64,000 nt of DNA from Acidimicrobiales bacterium (GCA_039934635.1 JBDTLT010000009.1:6697-70696), one strand, 5' to 3'. Counted from the first letter of the stretch, positions 44,719 through 54,593 are shown. Program-made: numbers and translations. The notes: generated by a model from the sequence alone, not told the origin.

Positions 44719-46263
44719 GTGCAGATAGAGCAGGCGCCGACGGGAAGCGGTCTCGCGCCCAAACAGATCCACATCTTGATGATCGCGGTCATGACCGGGA
44801 TGTTCCTCTCCGCGCTCGACGCGACGATCGTGCAGACCGCCATCCCCACGATCGTGGGCGATCTCGGCAACTTGTCGCAGGCACCATGGATCGCAGTGTC
44901 GTATCTGCTGACGCAGACGATCTCGACACCGATCATCGGCAAGCTGTCCGACATCTACGGTCGCAAGCGCGTCTTCCAGATCAACATCGCCTTGTTCATC
45001 GCGTCATCCGTGCTCGCCGCCCTGTCGCAGAACATGTGGCAACTCGTGCTCTTCCGGGCGATACAGGGTCTCGGCGCGGGCGGGCTCAACACGCTGCCGA
45101 TGGCGATCGTCGGTGACGTGCTCCCACCGGCCGAGCGGGCCAAGTACCAGGGCTACATATCCGGCACTTTCATGCTCGCGGCCCTCATGGGCCCACTGGC
45201 GGGCGGCTTCTTCGTCGATCATCTCAATTGGCGGTGGGTGTTCCTCGTCAATCTCCCGATCGGCGCCGCGTCGATGACAGCAGTGCAGCGCTATCTGCAT
45301 GTCGAGCGGGTGGCGACACGCCGAGCCATCGACTATTTCGGTGCCACCGCACTGGTCATCGCCACGACTCCGCTCGCCTTCTCGCTGCTGTGGGCGGGCG
45401 AGAAATACGGTTGGGGCAGCGCCGTGACGCTTGCGTTGTTCGCCATTTCTGCCATAGGCACCCTGCTGTTCGTGCTCATCGAGTTGCAAGCCGAAGAGCC
45501 CATCCTGCCGATGACATTGTTCAGCAACCAGATCGTGCGGACCACGATGGTCGGCGGTTTCATCATCGGCGTCGCCATGTATTCGATGAACAGTTACACG
45601 GGCGTGTTCCTGCAAGTCGTCGACGGCGTGAGCGCCACGAAGTCGGGTTTGTTCATGCTGCCGATGATGATCGCGGTGACCACCGCGTCGATCACGTCAG
45701 GCCGGCTCATCGCCCGCACCGGCAACTACAAGCCGTATCCGATCTGCGGGGTCGCGATCATGTTGGTCGCCGCGGTCTTGTTGAGCACCATGGACGTTCA
45801 CACCACTCGCTGGGGAGTCGCGGTGCGGGTAATGATCGCCGGTCTCGGCATGGGACAGATCGGCCCGTCGCTCACGATCATCGTGCAGAACGCGGTCGAC
45901 TACCGAGACCTTGGTGTCGCGACCGCCGGATTCGCCTTCGTTCGCTCACTGGGTGGTTCGGTCGGCTCGGCCGTGATCGGCGCGGTGTACTCGCACCGAG
46001 TTGATCGACTGATTCCCAAGTACGTCGGACAAGAGAACATCGATCGACTACCCGACACCGCGGCACTGCGCGGACGGCCGTCGACGATCCGCGGCTTGCC
46101 GGAACCAGTGCGTACCGGCGTACGCCGCGCGTTCGCTGACGCGGTGACCGGATCGACGCGCGTGGTGATCCCCGTTTTGGTCGTGACGCTGGTCGTGTTC
46201 TCGATGATCCCGAAGGTGCCGCTCAAGCGCAGCTTCGACAAACAACCCGTCGCCGTCGAATAA
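44719..46263 (+). CDS. MFS transporter, DHA2 (EmrB/QacA) family
   Basis: LDATIVQTAIPTI, GKLSDIYGRKRVF and FRAIQGLGAGG are present, with about 14 TMs. The GTG start lies 7 nt after the previous stop. Confidence 0.87.
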   Translation: MQIEQAPTGSGLAPKQIHILMIAVMTGMFLSALDATIVQTAIPTIVGDLGNLSQAPWIAVSYLLTQTISTPIIGKLSDIYGRKRVFQINIALFIASSVLAALSQNMWQLVLFRAIQGLGAGGLNTLPMAIVGDVLPPAERAKYQGYISGTFMLAALMGPLAGGFFVDHLNWRWVFLVNLPIGAASMTAVQRYLHVERVATRRAIDYFGATALVIATTPLAFSLLWAGEKYGWGSAVTLALFAISAIGTLLFVLIELQAEEPILPMTLFSNQIVRTTMVGGFIIGVAMYSMNSYTGVFLQVVDGVSATKSGLFMLPMMIAVTTASITSGRLIARTGNYKPYPICGVAIMLVAAVLLSTMDVHTTRWGVAVRVMIAGLGMGQIGPSLTIIVQNAVDYRDLGVATAGFAFVRSLGGSVGSAVIGAVYSHRVDRLIPKYVGQENIDRLPDTAALRGRPSTIRGLPEPVRTGVRRAFADAVTGSTRVVIPVLVVTLVVFSMIPKVPLKRSFDKQPVAVE

Positions 46264-46348
46264 CGCCTTCTTGTGCGGCTCCGCCGCAACGGACTGGCGG
46301 CTTCGCCGCGGAACTGACGATGCCGTCAACTGAGTTGCAGGGGAAGTC

Positions 46349-47116
46349 TCAGCCCGTCATCAATCTTGAAAAGGCGGCGCGTTGCGCGGCGATGCGGGTC
46401 GGGTCGGCTGGCACCGCGCTGCTTCGTTCGAGCACCACGCGGGCGATCTTGCCGCCCCCCACGGTGAATGCCTCGCCGGTGATCGCACACTGCTCGTGGC
46501 ACAGCCACGCCACTGCTGCCGCCGCCTCACCTGCCGGGGGCGCGGTGCTGCCCTCGCGCGCCAGGCGCGTCGAACCCCACGGCAACACGCAATTGAGGTG
46601 GATGCCGTGCGGCTCGCCTTCGATCGCGAGCGTCTTGGTCATCGCGAACACCGCGCCCTTGGCCGCGACATAGTGTGCGCGCCCGGCGATGCCGAAGATG
46701 CCGCCCGACGCCGTCGTCACGATGCGGCCGTAGTGGGCCGCCGTCATGAGAGACCACGCGGCCCGCACGACATGAAACGTGCTCGTGAGGTTGTGGCGCA
46801 ACGCGTCATCGAATTCAGATGTGGTCATCTCGGCGAAGTCGCGGTGCCACGAGACGCCGGCATTCGCAACGAGGACATCGATCGGGCCGGCTTGCTCGAT
46901 GACCGATCGAGCGCCGGCCTCGCTCGATATGTCCGCCGCGATGGCCATCACGCCGAGCTCCACCGCAGTTGCGTGGACCGCATCGTGATCGATGTCGTTG
47001 AGAATCACACGGGCACCGCGTGCGGCCAGTAGTTCGGCATAGGCGCGCCCGAGACCGCGCGCCGCGCCGGTGACGAGCGCGGCGCGGCCGTCGAAGCGCG
47101 GCTCGTCTTCGGTCAT
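46349..47116 (-). CDS. SDR-family oxidoreductase
   Basis: I trimmed the ORF to the ATG at 47116 (ATGA overlap with the upstream stop). VTGAARGLGRA, NAG and YVAAKGA (YxxxK) are present. Confidence 0.87.
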   Translation of the reverse strand: MTEDEPRFDGRAALVTGAARGLGRAYAELLAARGARVILNDIDHDAVHATAVELGVMAIAADISSEAGARSVIEQAGPIDVLVANAGVSWHRDFAEMTTSEFDDALRHNLTSTFHVVRAAWSLMTAAHYGRIVTTASGGIFGIAGRAHYVAAKGAVFAMTKTLAIEGEPHGIHLNCVLPWGSTRLAREGSTAPPAGEAAAAVAWLCHEQCAITGEAFTVGGGKIARVVLERSSAVPADPTRIAAQRAAFSRLMTG

Positions 47117-48246
47117 CGAGGATCGATCTGGTAGAGCAGCGCGGCGTTGTCGGTCGCGATGCGTTGCCGCGCCGTAGCATCGAGCAAGGCAGTGCGATCG
47201 GCGAACACTTCGCGTGAACGCGGGAACAGGCCTTCGCTGTGCGGATAGTCGGAGCCCCACAGGATGCGATCGCTGCCGACTGCCTGCGCGACCGCCGCGG
47301 CCGACGGATCTTCGCAGAACTGCGCCCAAACGTTGTTACGCACGAAGTCGCTCGGCAACGTGCCCGCCGCGAAACGGTGACCCTTGGTGGCCCGCTGCGT
47401 GTACGTGTAGTCCATGCGTTCGACGAAGAACGGCAGCCAACCCACTTCGTGTTCGGCGGAGACGATGCGCAGGCCGGGAAACCGCTCGAACACACCCGAG
47501 AAGATGATGTCGCCGAGTGCCTGGCGCACCCAATGGTCGGCGGTCGCGAAGGCGGTCTGCGCCGGCTTGGCCGATGCAGACTGCGCGCCCGGGATCACCG
47601 GCGCAGCTTGACGGTCGGGATTCGCCCGATAGGTGCCGATGTGCAACGACAACGGCACATCGAGCGCGGCCGCCACCGCCCACAGTCGATCGAACGACGG
47701 ATCCGCGTACGTGCGGCCCCCCGGGAGCCCGACAGGGATAAGCCCGGCCGCCAACCCGCGGAGCACCGCGCGCTCGAGCTCGGCTGCCGCGGTCTCGATG
47801 TCGTCGACGTTGAGCGCGGCCACGCCTCGCAGCCGTTGTGGCTGCGCGGCCGTGAACTCGGCCAACCAGTCGTTGTACGCCCGGCAGGTGGCGTCGACGA
47901 GCACGGTGTTGCGCACGGCGTAGTGCTGCATCTGCTGCGTGGGATAAAGGACCGATGCGGTCACGCCGTCGGTGAGGTTCTCGTCGACGTAAAGATCGGG
48001 GTCGTAGGCGCCGGCACGCACGTTCTCGAAGCGATCCGCCAGCACGAGGGCGTCGGGATCAGCGAAGCGAACGCCCGCCTGCGTGCCACCGGCGAACGAG
48101 TTCGTGCGATGGCCGTCCACATACCACCAGTCGTTGCCGTCGTCGTCGCGACGTACCTGTGGAGCACGCTCGCCCCACTCGTTCTGCAGCCGCTGGGTCC
48201 AGACATCGGGCGGCTCGATGACGTGCGAGTCAGCCGAGATCATCAC
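47113..48246 (-). CDS. Amidohydrolase-2 family protein, paralog 3 (more divergent)
   Basis: MMISADSHVIEPPDVWTQRL and ...WGSDYPHSEG are present. Confidence 0.85.
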   Translation of the reverse strand: MMISADSHVIEPPDVWTQRLQNEWGERAPQVRRDDDGNDWWYVDGHRTNSFAGGTQAGVRFADPDALVLADRFENVRAGAYDPDLYVDENLTDGVTASVLYPTQQMQHYAVRNTVLVDATCRAYNDWLAEFTAAQPQRLRGVAALNVDDIETAAAELERAVLRGLAAGLIPVGLPGGRTYADPSFDRLWAVAAALDVPLSLHIGTYRANPDRQAAPVIPGAQSASAKPAQTAFATADHWVRQALGDIIFSGVFERFPGLRIVSAEHEVGWLPFFVERMDYTYTQRATKGHRFAAGTLPSDFVRNNVWAQFCEDPSAAAVAQAVGSDRILWGSDYPHSEGLFPRSREVFADRTALLDATARQRIATDNAALLYQIDPR

Positions 48247-49444
48247 GAGGCCGAGCCACGAAACGCACCCGCAGTTCTTCGAACTTCTCGGCCGGTCCGA
48301 ACGGTTCGCGACGGATCGGATCGGTTGTCACTTCGAGATCGCCGCACCGGCGCACCATGATCGGGATCGCCTCGGTGAGGTTCGCCCGCGCCAGCGCCTG
48401 GCCGAGACAGAAGTGGGGACCGTGGCCGAACGCGGCGTGACGATGATCGCCACGGCGAACGTCGAAGCGATGCGGATCGGCAAAGCGGGCCGGGTCGCGA
48501 TTGGCCGCCTGTCGCGACACCAAGATCGTGTCGTCGACATCGAGATGTAGGCCGATGACATCGACCGGTGCGAGTGCCTTGCGCCGCGTGGAACGAAACG
48601 GCGGCGCGTAACGCAGGCACTCTTCGACGGCGTCGCGGTCGATCGACGGGTCGTCGTGCACGATCTGCGCTTGGTCGGGATGAGCAGAGAACAAGTAGGC
48701 GGCGTTGGAGATCGCGGCTTCGCTCGAGCCGACGGCGCCACCGATGATGTTGACCACCATCGCCAGCAGTTCATCGGGGGTCAGGCGGTCGCCTGCTTCT
48801 TCGACGTGCACGAGTGCCGACACGAGGTCGTCGCCCGGGTCGCGGCGTCGGCGCTGTACGAGCCGATCGACGTATCCGTACAGCGCGACGATGCCATCAT
48901 TGGCGCGCTGTTTGCGCTCGTCGGTCATCGGCCAGGCGAAGCCCTCGTCGGTGCCGACCATGAACGCCTGTATCTCGTCGCGATCGTGCTCGTCGATCCC
49001 GAGGAAGACGCAAATGCCATAGAGCGGAATGTCGTGGGCGTAATCGGCTATGACGTCCATCTCGCCCGCGCCGGCCACCGCATCGAGCAGCCGGTGCGCG
49101 TGCTCGCGCACGAGCGGCCGCACCCGCTGAACCTGCCGGGGCGTGAACGCCCGACCGACGAGCGCGCGTAGGCGCGTGTGATCGTCGCCCGGTTGCGCGT
49201 TGAGCGACAGACGCCGCCACTCACGGAACGGGCCCTCGGTGATACCGAGCCGATCGAGTGCATCGAGCCCGAGCGGTGCCATCGCGGGATGGCCCGACAC
49301 GGTCTCGAGATCGTCGATCGACAACGTGACGGGCTCACCGGATTCGCTGACCGCGGTGCGTCCGCGCGCGCGTGCTTCGTCGAGCACCGGATACGGGTCT
49401 TGCCAGAACGCCGCACTGCGCAACGGCAAGGTCATCCGTGCCAT
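48230..49444 (-). CDS. Cytochrome P450
   Basis: I trimmed the 631-aa ORF to the ATG at 49444, 2 nt after the crotonase stop. The heme loop is FGHGPHFCLGQALA and the EXXR is EECLRYAPP. Confidence 0.9.
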   Translation of the reverse strand: MARMTLPLRSAAFWQDPYPVLDEARARGRTAVSESGEPVTLSIDDLETVSGHPAMAPLGLDALDRLGITEGPFREWRRLSLNAQPGDDHTRLRALVGRAFTPRQVQRVRPLVREHAHRLLDAVAGAGEMDVIADYAHDIPLYGICVFLGIDEHDRDEIQAFMVGTDEGFAWPMTDERKQRANDGIVALYGYVDRLVQRRRRDPGDDLVSALVHVEEAGDRLTPDELLAMVVNIIGGAVGSSEAAISNAAYLFSAHPDQAQIVHDDPSIDRDAVEECLRYAPPFRSTRRKALAPVDVIGLHLDVDDTILVSRQAANRDPARFADPHRFDVRRGDHRHAAFGHGPHFCLGQALARANLTEAIPIMVRRCGDLEVTTDPIRREPFGPAEKFEELRVRFVARPRDDLG

Positions 49445-49446
49445 GG

Positions 49447-50259
49447 TCACCGATTGTGATACGAGGGATCGCGTCCCTCGGCCTTGGCCGCCTTGAACTC
49501 GCGGTAGTCGTCGGAGTGGTAGATCTGCGCTTCGAGGAGTGCCTCTTCTTCGATTGACTGCTGCACGAGGTGCGTAGCGATACGGCTCAGGTCGCGGCGG
49601 AACAGTTTGACGCTGAATGCCGGCAACTTGGCGATCTTGTGGGCCATCTCGAGCGCGGTGGCGTCGAGCTCGTCGTCGGTGACGACCCTCGACACGATGC
49701 CGTGCGCGAGTGCCTCGTGGGCCTCCATCACGCGGCCGGTGAGGGCCATGTCCGCGGCCAGCCCGTGGCCGGCAATCTGGAACAGGCGTGCGACGCCACC
49801 GGAGTCGGGGACCACACCGTGCATCAACTCGGGCAACCACAGCTTGGCCGTCTCGCCGGCGATGCGAAGGTCGCACAAGAGCGCCCGCTCGAACATGCCA
49901 CCGATGACCCAGCCTTTGAGCGACACGATGATCGGTGCCGGGCAACTGAACAGCATTTGCGTCCACCCATGACCGCGCTCGATGTGCTGCAGATGGCTCA
50001 TGCCGCCGTCGCGGGCACCGCCGAGCTCGCGCAGATCGCGCCCCGAGGAGAACGATTTGCCATTGCCGCGCCAGATCACACAACGGATGTCGTCGCGCAG
50101 GTGAAGCTCGTAGAAAACCTCCCACAGCCGTCGATTGAAGGCGTCGGAGGCGGCGTTGTGGACCTCGGGTCGATTGTTACTGATGATCGCTACCGGCCCG
50201 TCGAAATCGAGGAGCACGGGCGGTGGCGGCAATTCGTCTTGCTTCGTTGGCGGCATCAT
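49447..50259 (-). CDS. Enoyl-CoA hydratase/isomerase (crotonase) family protein
   Basis: ISNNRPEVHNA...GNGKSFSSGRDL is present. It is the first gene of the operon 50259->46349. Confidence 0.87.
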   Translation of the reverse strand: MMPPTKQDELPPPPVLLDFDGPVAIISNNRPEVHNAASDAFNRRLWEVFYELHLRDDIRCVIWRGNGKSFSSGRDLRELGGARDGGMSHLQHIERGHGWTQMLFSCPAPIIVSLKGWVIGGMFERALLCDLRIAGETAKLWLPELMHGVVPDSGGVARLFQIAGHGLAADMALTGRVMEAHEALAHGIVSRVVTDDELDATALEMAHKIAKLPAFSVKLFRRDLSRIATHLVQQSIEEEALLEAQIYHSDDYREFKAAKAEGRDPSYHNR

Positions 50260-50355
50260 TCCTCCGAACCCCGATCGACGTTACCGGAATCGCATTACAC
50301 GAACGAGCCGTCGACGACTCCTGCCTGATTGCCGCCACGCGCTAGAAACACCCGG

Positions 50356-52689
50356 ATGCGCAATCGGCTGGCGGTGGTACTGGGGCCGATCTTCGCGCTC
50401 ACCGGGTTCTCTGCGCTCACGTTGCAGGTCGTGTGGCAGCGAGTCATCTCCCTGCATTCGGGCGTCGATCTGGCCTCGACCACGACGGTGGTCGCCGCAT
50501 TCCTGGCCGGGTTGGGCTTCGGCAGCTTGTTGGGCGGATGGCTGGCCGACCGGCTCGGCCCCCGCCGTTCACTGATCGGCTTTGCGCTCGCCAACGTCGG
50601 CATCGGTGTCTTCGCGTGGATCAGCCTGTTGCTCTTCTACGACCTCTACCGCGAACTCGTGCCGCACCTCTCGAGCACCTTCGCGTCGTTCTGTTTCAAC
50701 ACCGCGATCCTTCTGGTGCCGACGACGTTGATGGGTCTGTCACTGCCACTCGTGGCGCGGGCGGTCACATCGACCGTCACCGACGCCGGCCCGTTGATCG
50801 GACGCATGTACGGCGTCAACACCATCGGTGCGGGTGCCGGCGCGGCCGTGGCCGGTTGGTACCTGCTCGGCACCTACGGCTTCGAGAACACCACGCGCAT
50901 CGCGGGCACACTCAACGTGATCGCCGCGTTGTTGATCTACCTCGTGTATCGAGCCGCGGCGACAACATCGGCCGCAAGCGCGGGCGAACCTGTCGCCGCC
51001 GCAGTGATGACCGCGGCGCCCGCCGGCGGCAAGCGCGTCAGTGGAGGCGCGGGGCGCGAGCGCGTCTGGCCGTGGTTCGCCATCTACGGTCTCACCGGCG
51101 CCGTTGCGCTCGGGTTCGAGCAGTTGTTCTTCCGTGTCATCGACGCCGAGATGCGCTCCAACTCCTACAGCTTCGCCCACGTGCTCATGCTGTACCTCTT
51201 GCTCTTCGGCGTCGGCGCCGCGGTCGGGTCACGCCTGTTGCGACGCGGTGGCGATCCTCGCCGGTGGTTTCTCTGGATGCAGTTCGCGGTCGGCATCACC
51301 GCGCTTCTCGCGATTGTCATCCTCGTGCGGGTCCTCCCCCTGTCGGGGTATCTCGACGAGCAGCTGCGCAACTACTTCGCCGGCGAGGGCTACAACAGCG
51401 GCTTCGGCACCATCGACACCGTCAAAGACTGGGCAACGGTGGTCGGCGTCTACGGCGCGATCCCACTCGGGCTGATGGGTGCGCCGGTCTTGCTGATGGG
51501 CATGTCGTTCCCGTTCGTGCAAGCGATGGTCTCCGATCACGTCGATTCGCTCGGGCGCCGTACCGGCACGCTCATGTTCGCCAACATCGTGGGCAACGTC
51601 GTCGGCACGCTGCTCACCGGCTTCGTCCTCATCGACGTTTTCGGCACGGCGGGCACGTATCGCTTGTTGACGCTCGCGCTCGGCGTCGCCGGCGTCGCTG
51701 CCGCGTTGCTGACCGCACGACCCCGACGCGTCGCCGCAATGGCGTTGGTCGTCGTGTTGCTCGCCAGTGTCGTCGGGCTCTCTCCGTCGAATCATCGCCT
51801 CTGGGCCTTCATGCAGGGGGCCGACAACGACGAGGTGTTGATCGCCGAAGACCACGCGTGCGCCGCCACGGTCAAGTTCGAGGGCGAAAGGGCGCTGCTC
51901 TACATCAACGCGTCGATCCAGAACGCGCATCCCTTCGACGACTTCCACGTGTTGATAGGGCTCGTGCCCGCATTGGCGCACCCGGATCCCGAGAGGGCGC
52001 TCGCGATCGGCCTCGGTATCGGATCGACCACCTACGGCATGTTGCGAGACCCACGCCTCGACGAGGTCGAAACGGTCGAGTTGTGCGGCGGTGAGTACGA
52101 CCTCATCCATCAACTCGCCGCGCGGGGCCGCACCGAGTTCTCCCTCATGCTCGACGATCCTCGCTACATCCAGGGCGTCGGTGACGGCCGCAAGTTCCTC
52201 CTCGAGCGCGACGATCGCTACGACATCATCACCGTCGACACGCTGCGCCCCACCTCGGCTTTCAGCGGCAGCCTGTATTCACGCGAGTTCTACGAATTGA
52301 TCAACACGCACCTCAACGACGACGGCATCGTTGCGCAGTGGGTCCCCACGCCGCGCGTCGCGAACACCGCGTCGCAGGTCTTCCCGTACGTCATCGCGTT
52401 CCGCGTCGACGACTACGACGAAGGATCCGTGTTCTTCGTCGGTAGCCGCTCGCCCATCGTGCTCGACCGATCGGCGATGATCAGTCGACTCGCGGCCGCG
52501 GCCCCCGGTTCGTTCACCGACGAGCAGCGGGGACGCCTCGAGCAGTTCATCGCCGCTGCGCCCACCTTCTGCTACACGAACGGCGCCGTCCTGACCGGCG
52601 TGGCGAGCGATCAAGAGAATCTCGACCTGCGTCCTCGCGACGAGTACTTCATCAACAACGACGCGGCAACCACTCTGCCCAAGTGCTGA
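50356..52689 (+). CDS. Fused polytopic membrane (MFS-like) / spermidine synthase-like methyltransferase-fold protein
   Basis: About 12 TMs are followed by a C-terminal domain reading ALAIGLGIGST...VELCGGE...DIITVD. The start is placed at the ATG at 50356; a TTG at 50329 is an alternative. Confidence 0.78.
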   Translation: MRNRLAVVLGPIFALTGFSALTLQVVWQRVISLHSGVDLASTTTVVAAFLAGLGFGSLLGGWLADRLGPRRSLIGFALANVGIGVFAWISLLLFYDLYRELVPHLSSTFASFCFNTAILLVPTTLMGLSLPLVARAVTSTVTDAGPLIGRMYGVNTIGAGAGAAVAGWYLLGTYGFENTTRIAGTLNVIAALLIYLVYRAAATTSAASAGEPVAAAVMTAAPAGGKRVSGGAGRERVWPWFAIYGLTGAVALGFEQLFFRVIDAEMRSNSYSFAHVLMLYLLLFGVGAAVGSRLLRRGGDPRRWFLWMQFAVGITALLAIVILVRVLPLSGYLDEQLRNYFAGEGYNSGFGTIDTVKDWATVVGVYGAIPLGLMGAPVLLMGMSFPFVQAMVSDHVDSLGRRTGTLMFANIVGNVVGTLLTGFVLIDVFGTAGTYRLLTLALGVAGVAAALLTARPRRVAAMALVVVLLASVVGLSPSNHRLWAFMQGADNDEVLIAEDHACAATVKFEGERALLYINASIQNAHPFDDFHVLIGLVPALAHPDPERALAIGLGIGSTTYGMLRDPRLDEVETVELCGGEYDLIHQLAARGRTEFSLMLDDPRYIQGVGDGRKFLLERDDRYDIITVDTLRPTSAFSGSLYSREFYELINTHLNDDGIVAQWVPTPRVANTASQVFPYVIAFRVDDYDEGSVFFVGSRSPIVLDRSAMISRLAAAAPGSFTDEQRGRLEQFIAAAPTFCYTNGAVLTGVASDQENLDLRPRDEYFINNDAATTLPKC

Positions 52690-52716
52690 AGGCTGCTACG
52701 TTCTCTTGATAATTCG

Positions 52717-53451
52717 GTGACCTTCGGAGGGGCTGTGGGACGCACGACAGGCCTACTCATCTCGTATGTGAAGTGCAATGTGCCCGCGGCCGAAGCCGAG
52801 TGGGCCGCGTGGTACGACGACACCCACCTACCCGATCTGCTGCGCGGTGACGACGCGCCCTGGGTGGTCACCCGCTGGGAGCTCACGCAAAAGCCGCAGC
52901 CCGGCATGCCTGGCATCGGCTTCAGCTATGTGACGATCTACGAGTTCGATCAGCCCGATGTGCTCGCGCAGGTCGAGCGACTGGTGGCCCGTGATCTGCG
53001 GTTGCGCAAGGACGGGCGCGTCCATCCCAACCACTCGGTGATCGACGCCCACGTCTTCACGGCCCACGGTGCCCACCGCGACAAGACCGAGCCGGGCCCC
53101 AACCTCAAGGGCCACATCCTGACCTACGTGCTGTGCAACGACCCCGAGGTCGAGCCCGAGTGGGACGAGTGGTACGACCGCGAGCACGTGCCCGACATGC
53201 TCGAATCCGGTGCGTTCTCGGCCATGACGCGATGGGAGCGGGTGCCGCGCAATACCTATGGTGCACACCACATCACGCTCTACGACACGCATCTCGATTC
53301 GATTCAAGAAGCCGTCGACAAGTCAGCCGTGTCGCTGGCAAAGCTGACCGCGGCGGGTCGCAAGCACCGTTGCCACACGGGTGCCATGACGGTGATGTTG
53401 ACCGGATCCGGTCGCTACGGAGGTAACGGACTCCACAAGAGCGATCTATGA
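52717..53451 (+). CDS. Hypothetical protein made of two tandem homologous ~110-aa domains (ferredoxin-like/DUF4286-like guess)
   Basis: The internal repeat aligns LLISYVKCNVPAAEAEWAAWYDDTHLPDLL...TRWE with HILTYVLCNDPEVEPEWDEWYDREHVPDML...TRWE. The start is GTG. The stop overlaps the next ATG (ATGA). Confidence 0.7.
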   Translation: MTFGGAVGRTTGLLISYVKCNVPAAEAEWAAWYDDTHLPDLLRGDDAPWVVTRWELTQKPQPGMPGIGFSYVTIYEFDQPDVLAQVERLVARDLRLRKDGRVHPNHSVIDAHVFTAHGAHRDKTEPGPNLKGHILTYVLCNDPEVEPEWDEWYDREHVPDMLESGAFSAMTRWERVPRNTYGAHHITLYDTHLDSIQEAVDKSAVSLAKLTAAGRKHRCHTGAMTVMLTGSGRYGGNGLHKSDL

Positions 53452-54593
53452 GCGTGCGGCCATTTCGTATCGAGGTCCCGCAAGAGGTCCTCGACGATCT
53501 GCATCGCCGCCTCGACGCCACCATCTGGCCGCAGACGATTCCCGGCGCCGGATGGGACTACGGCACCGACATCGACGAATTGCGCGCGCTCGCCGACCAT
53601 TGGCGCCATGACTACGACTGGCGGCGCGTCGAAGCCGAGCTCAACCAGCTGCCGCAGTTCATCGTCACCGTCGACGGCATGGACGTCCATTGCATCCATG
53701 CAAAGGGCAAAGGCAGTAACGGCCGCGCCCTGGTGCTCACACACGGCTGGCCGAGCACCTTCTACGAACTGCACCGCCTGGTCGGGCCGTTGACCGACCC
53801 CGCTGCGCACGGCGCCGACGCCACTGCCGCGTTCGACGTCGTGATGCCCTCGCTGCCCGGCTACGGATGGTCGAGCGCGCCGACCACGCGCGGCTTCGGC
53901 GCCAATCAGGTCGCCGATCTCTGGGTAAAGGTGATGGCCGAGTTGGGCTACGAACGATTCGGCTCGCACGGGGGCGACTGGGGTTCCGCGGTCACGACCG
54001 CACTCGGCGCGCGCCATCCCGATCGGCTGACGGGCATTCACGTCAACATGCTGGCGCCGCCGGTGGACGTGGCGTCGCTGACGCCCGAGCAGCGCGAGTG
54101 GTGGGACCGCGTGCTCGCCTATCGAGACCGCGAGTGGGGCTACGTCCATCTCCAACGCACCAAGCCGCAAACCGCGTCGTTCGCGCTGACCGATTCACCC
54201 GTCGGACTCGCCGCGTGGATCCTCGAGAAGTGGTGGCGCTGGAGCGACATCGACGACGAGCACGGCCGCCGGGTGCTCTCGCGCCGCTACACGCTGGACG
54301 AGTTGATCACCACGATCATGATCTATTGGGTCACGCGCACGATCGGCCCGTCACTGCGCATGTACTACGAGACCTTCTCCGCGATGAACCTCATCGCGCA
54401 GCCGGGCCGCATCGAGGTGCCCTTCGGTATGGCCGCGTTCAAGGAGATGAATCGTGCGCCACGGGAACTGGCCGAAGCGCACTACGACATCCGCCGCTGG
54501 ACGGTGATCGACGACGGCGGGCATTTCCCCGGTCTCGAAAATCCGGTGGCGCTGGCGCACGAGATTCGCGAGTTCTTCCGCGAATTGAGCTGA
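53448..54593 (+). CDS. Epoxide hydrolase (microsomal EH-like, N-terminal EHN domain plus alpha/beta-hydrolase fold)
   Basis: FRIEVPQEVLDDLHRRL, HGWPSTFYE and the nucleophile segment HGGDWGS are present. Confidence 0.88.
   Translation: MSVRPFRIEVPQEVLDDLHRRLDATIWPQTIPGAGWDYGTDIDELRALADHWRHDYDWRRVEAELNQLPQFIVTVDGMDVHCIHAKGKGSNGRALVLTHGWPSTFYELHRLVGPLTDPAAHGADATAAFDVVMPSLPGYGWSSAPTTRGFGANQVADLWVKVMAELGYERFGSHGGDWGSAVTTALGARHPDRLTGIHVNMLAPPVDVASLTPEQREWWDRVLAYRDREWGYVHLQRTKPQTASFALTDSPVGLAAWILEKWWRWSDIDDEHGRRVLSRRYTLDELITTIMIYWVTRTIGPSLRMYYETFSAMNLIAQPGRIEVPFGMAAFKEMNRAPRELAEAHYDIRRWTVIDDGGHFPGLENPVALAHEIREFFRELS

Noticed and set aside
46264-46348. Two similar mini-hairpins (gcggc-tcc-gccgc and gcggc-ttc-gccgc) lie in the convergent gap after the MFS gene.
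   Set aside because: Their 5-bp GC stems with 3-nt loops are expected by chance at this GC content. This is not convincing as a terminator or repeat element.
49445-50125. The 631-aa ORF 48230..50125 (minus) suggests a very long P450.
   Set aside because: The first ~227 codons are an Arg-rich alternate frame of the crotonase gene (49447..50259). The P450 homology begins at the ATG at 49444.
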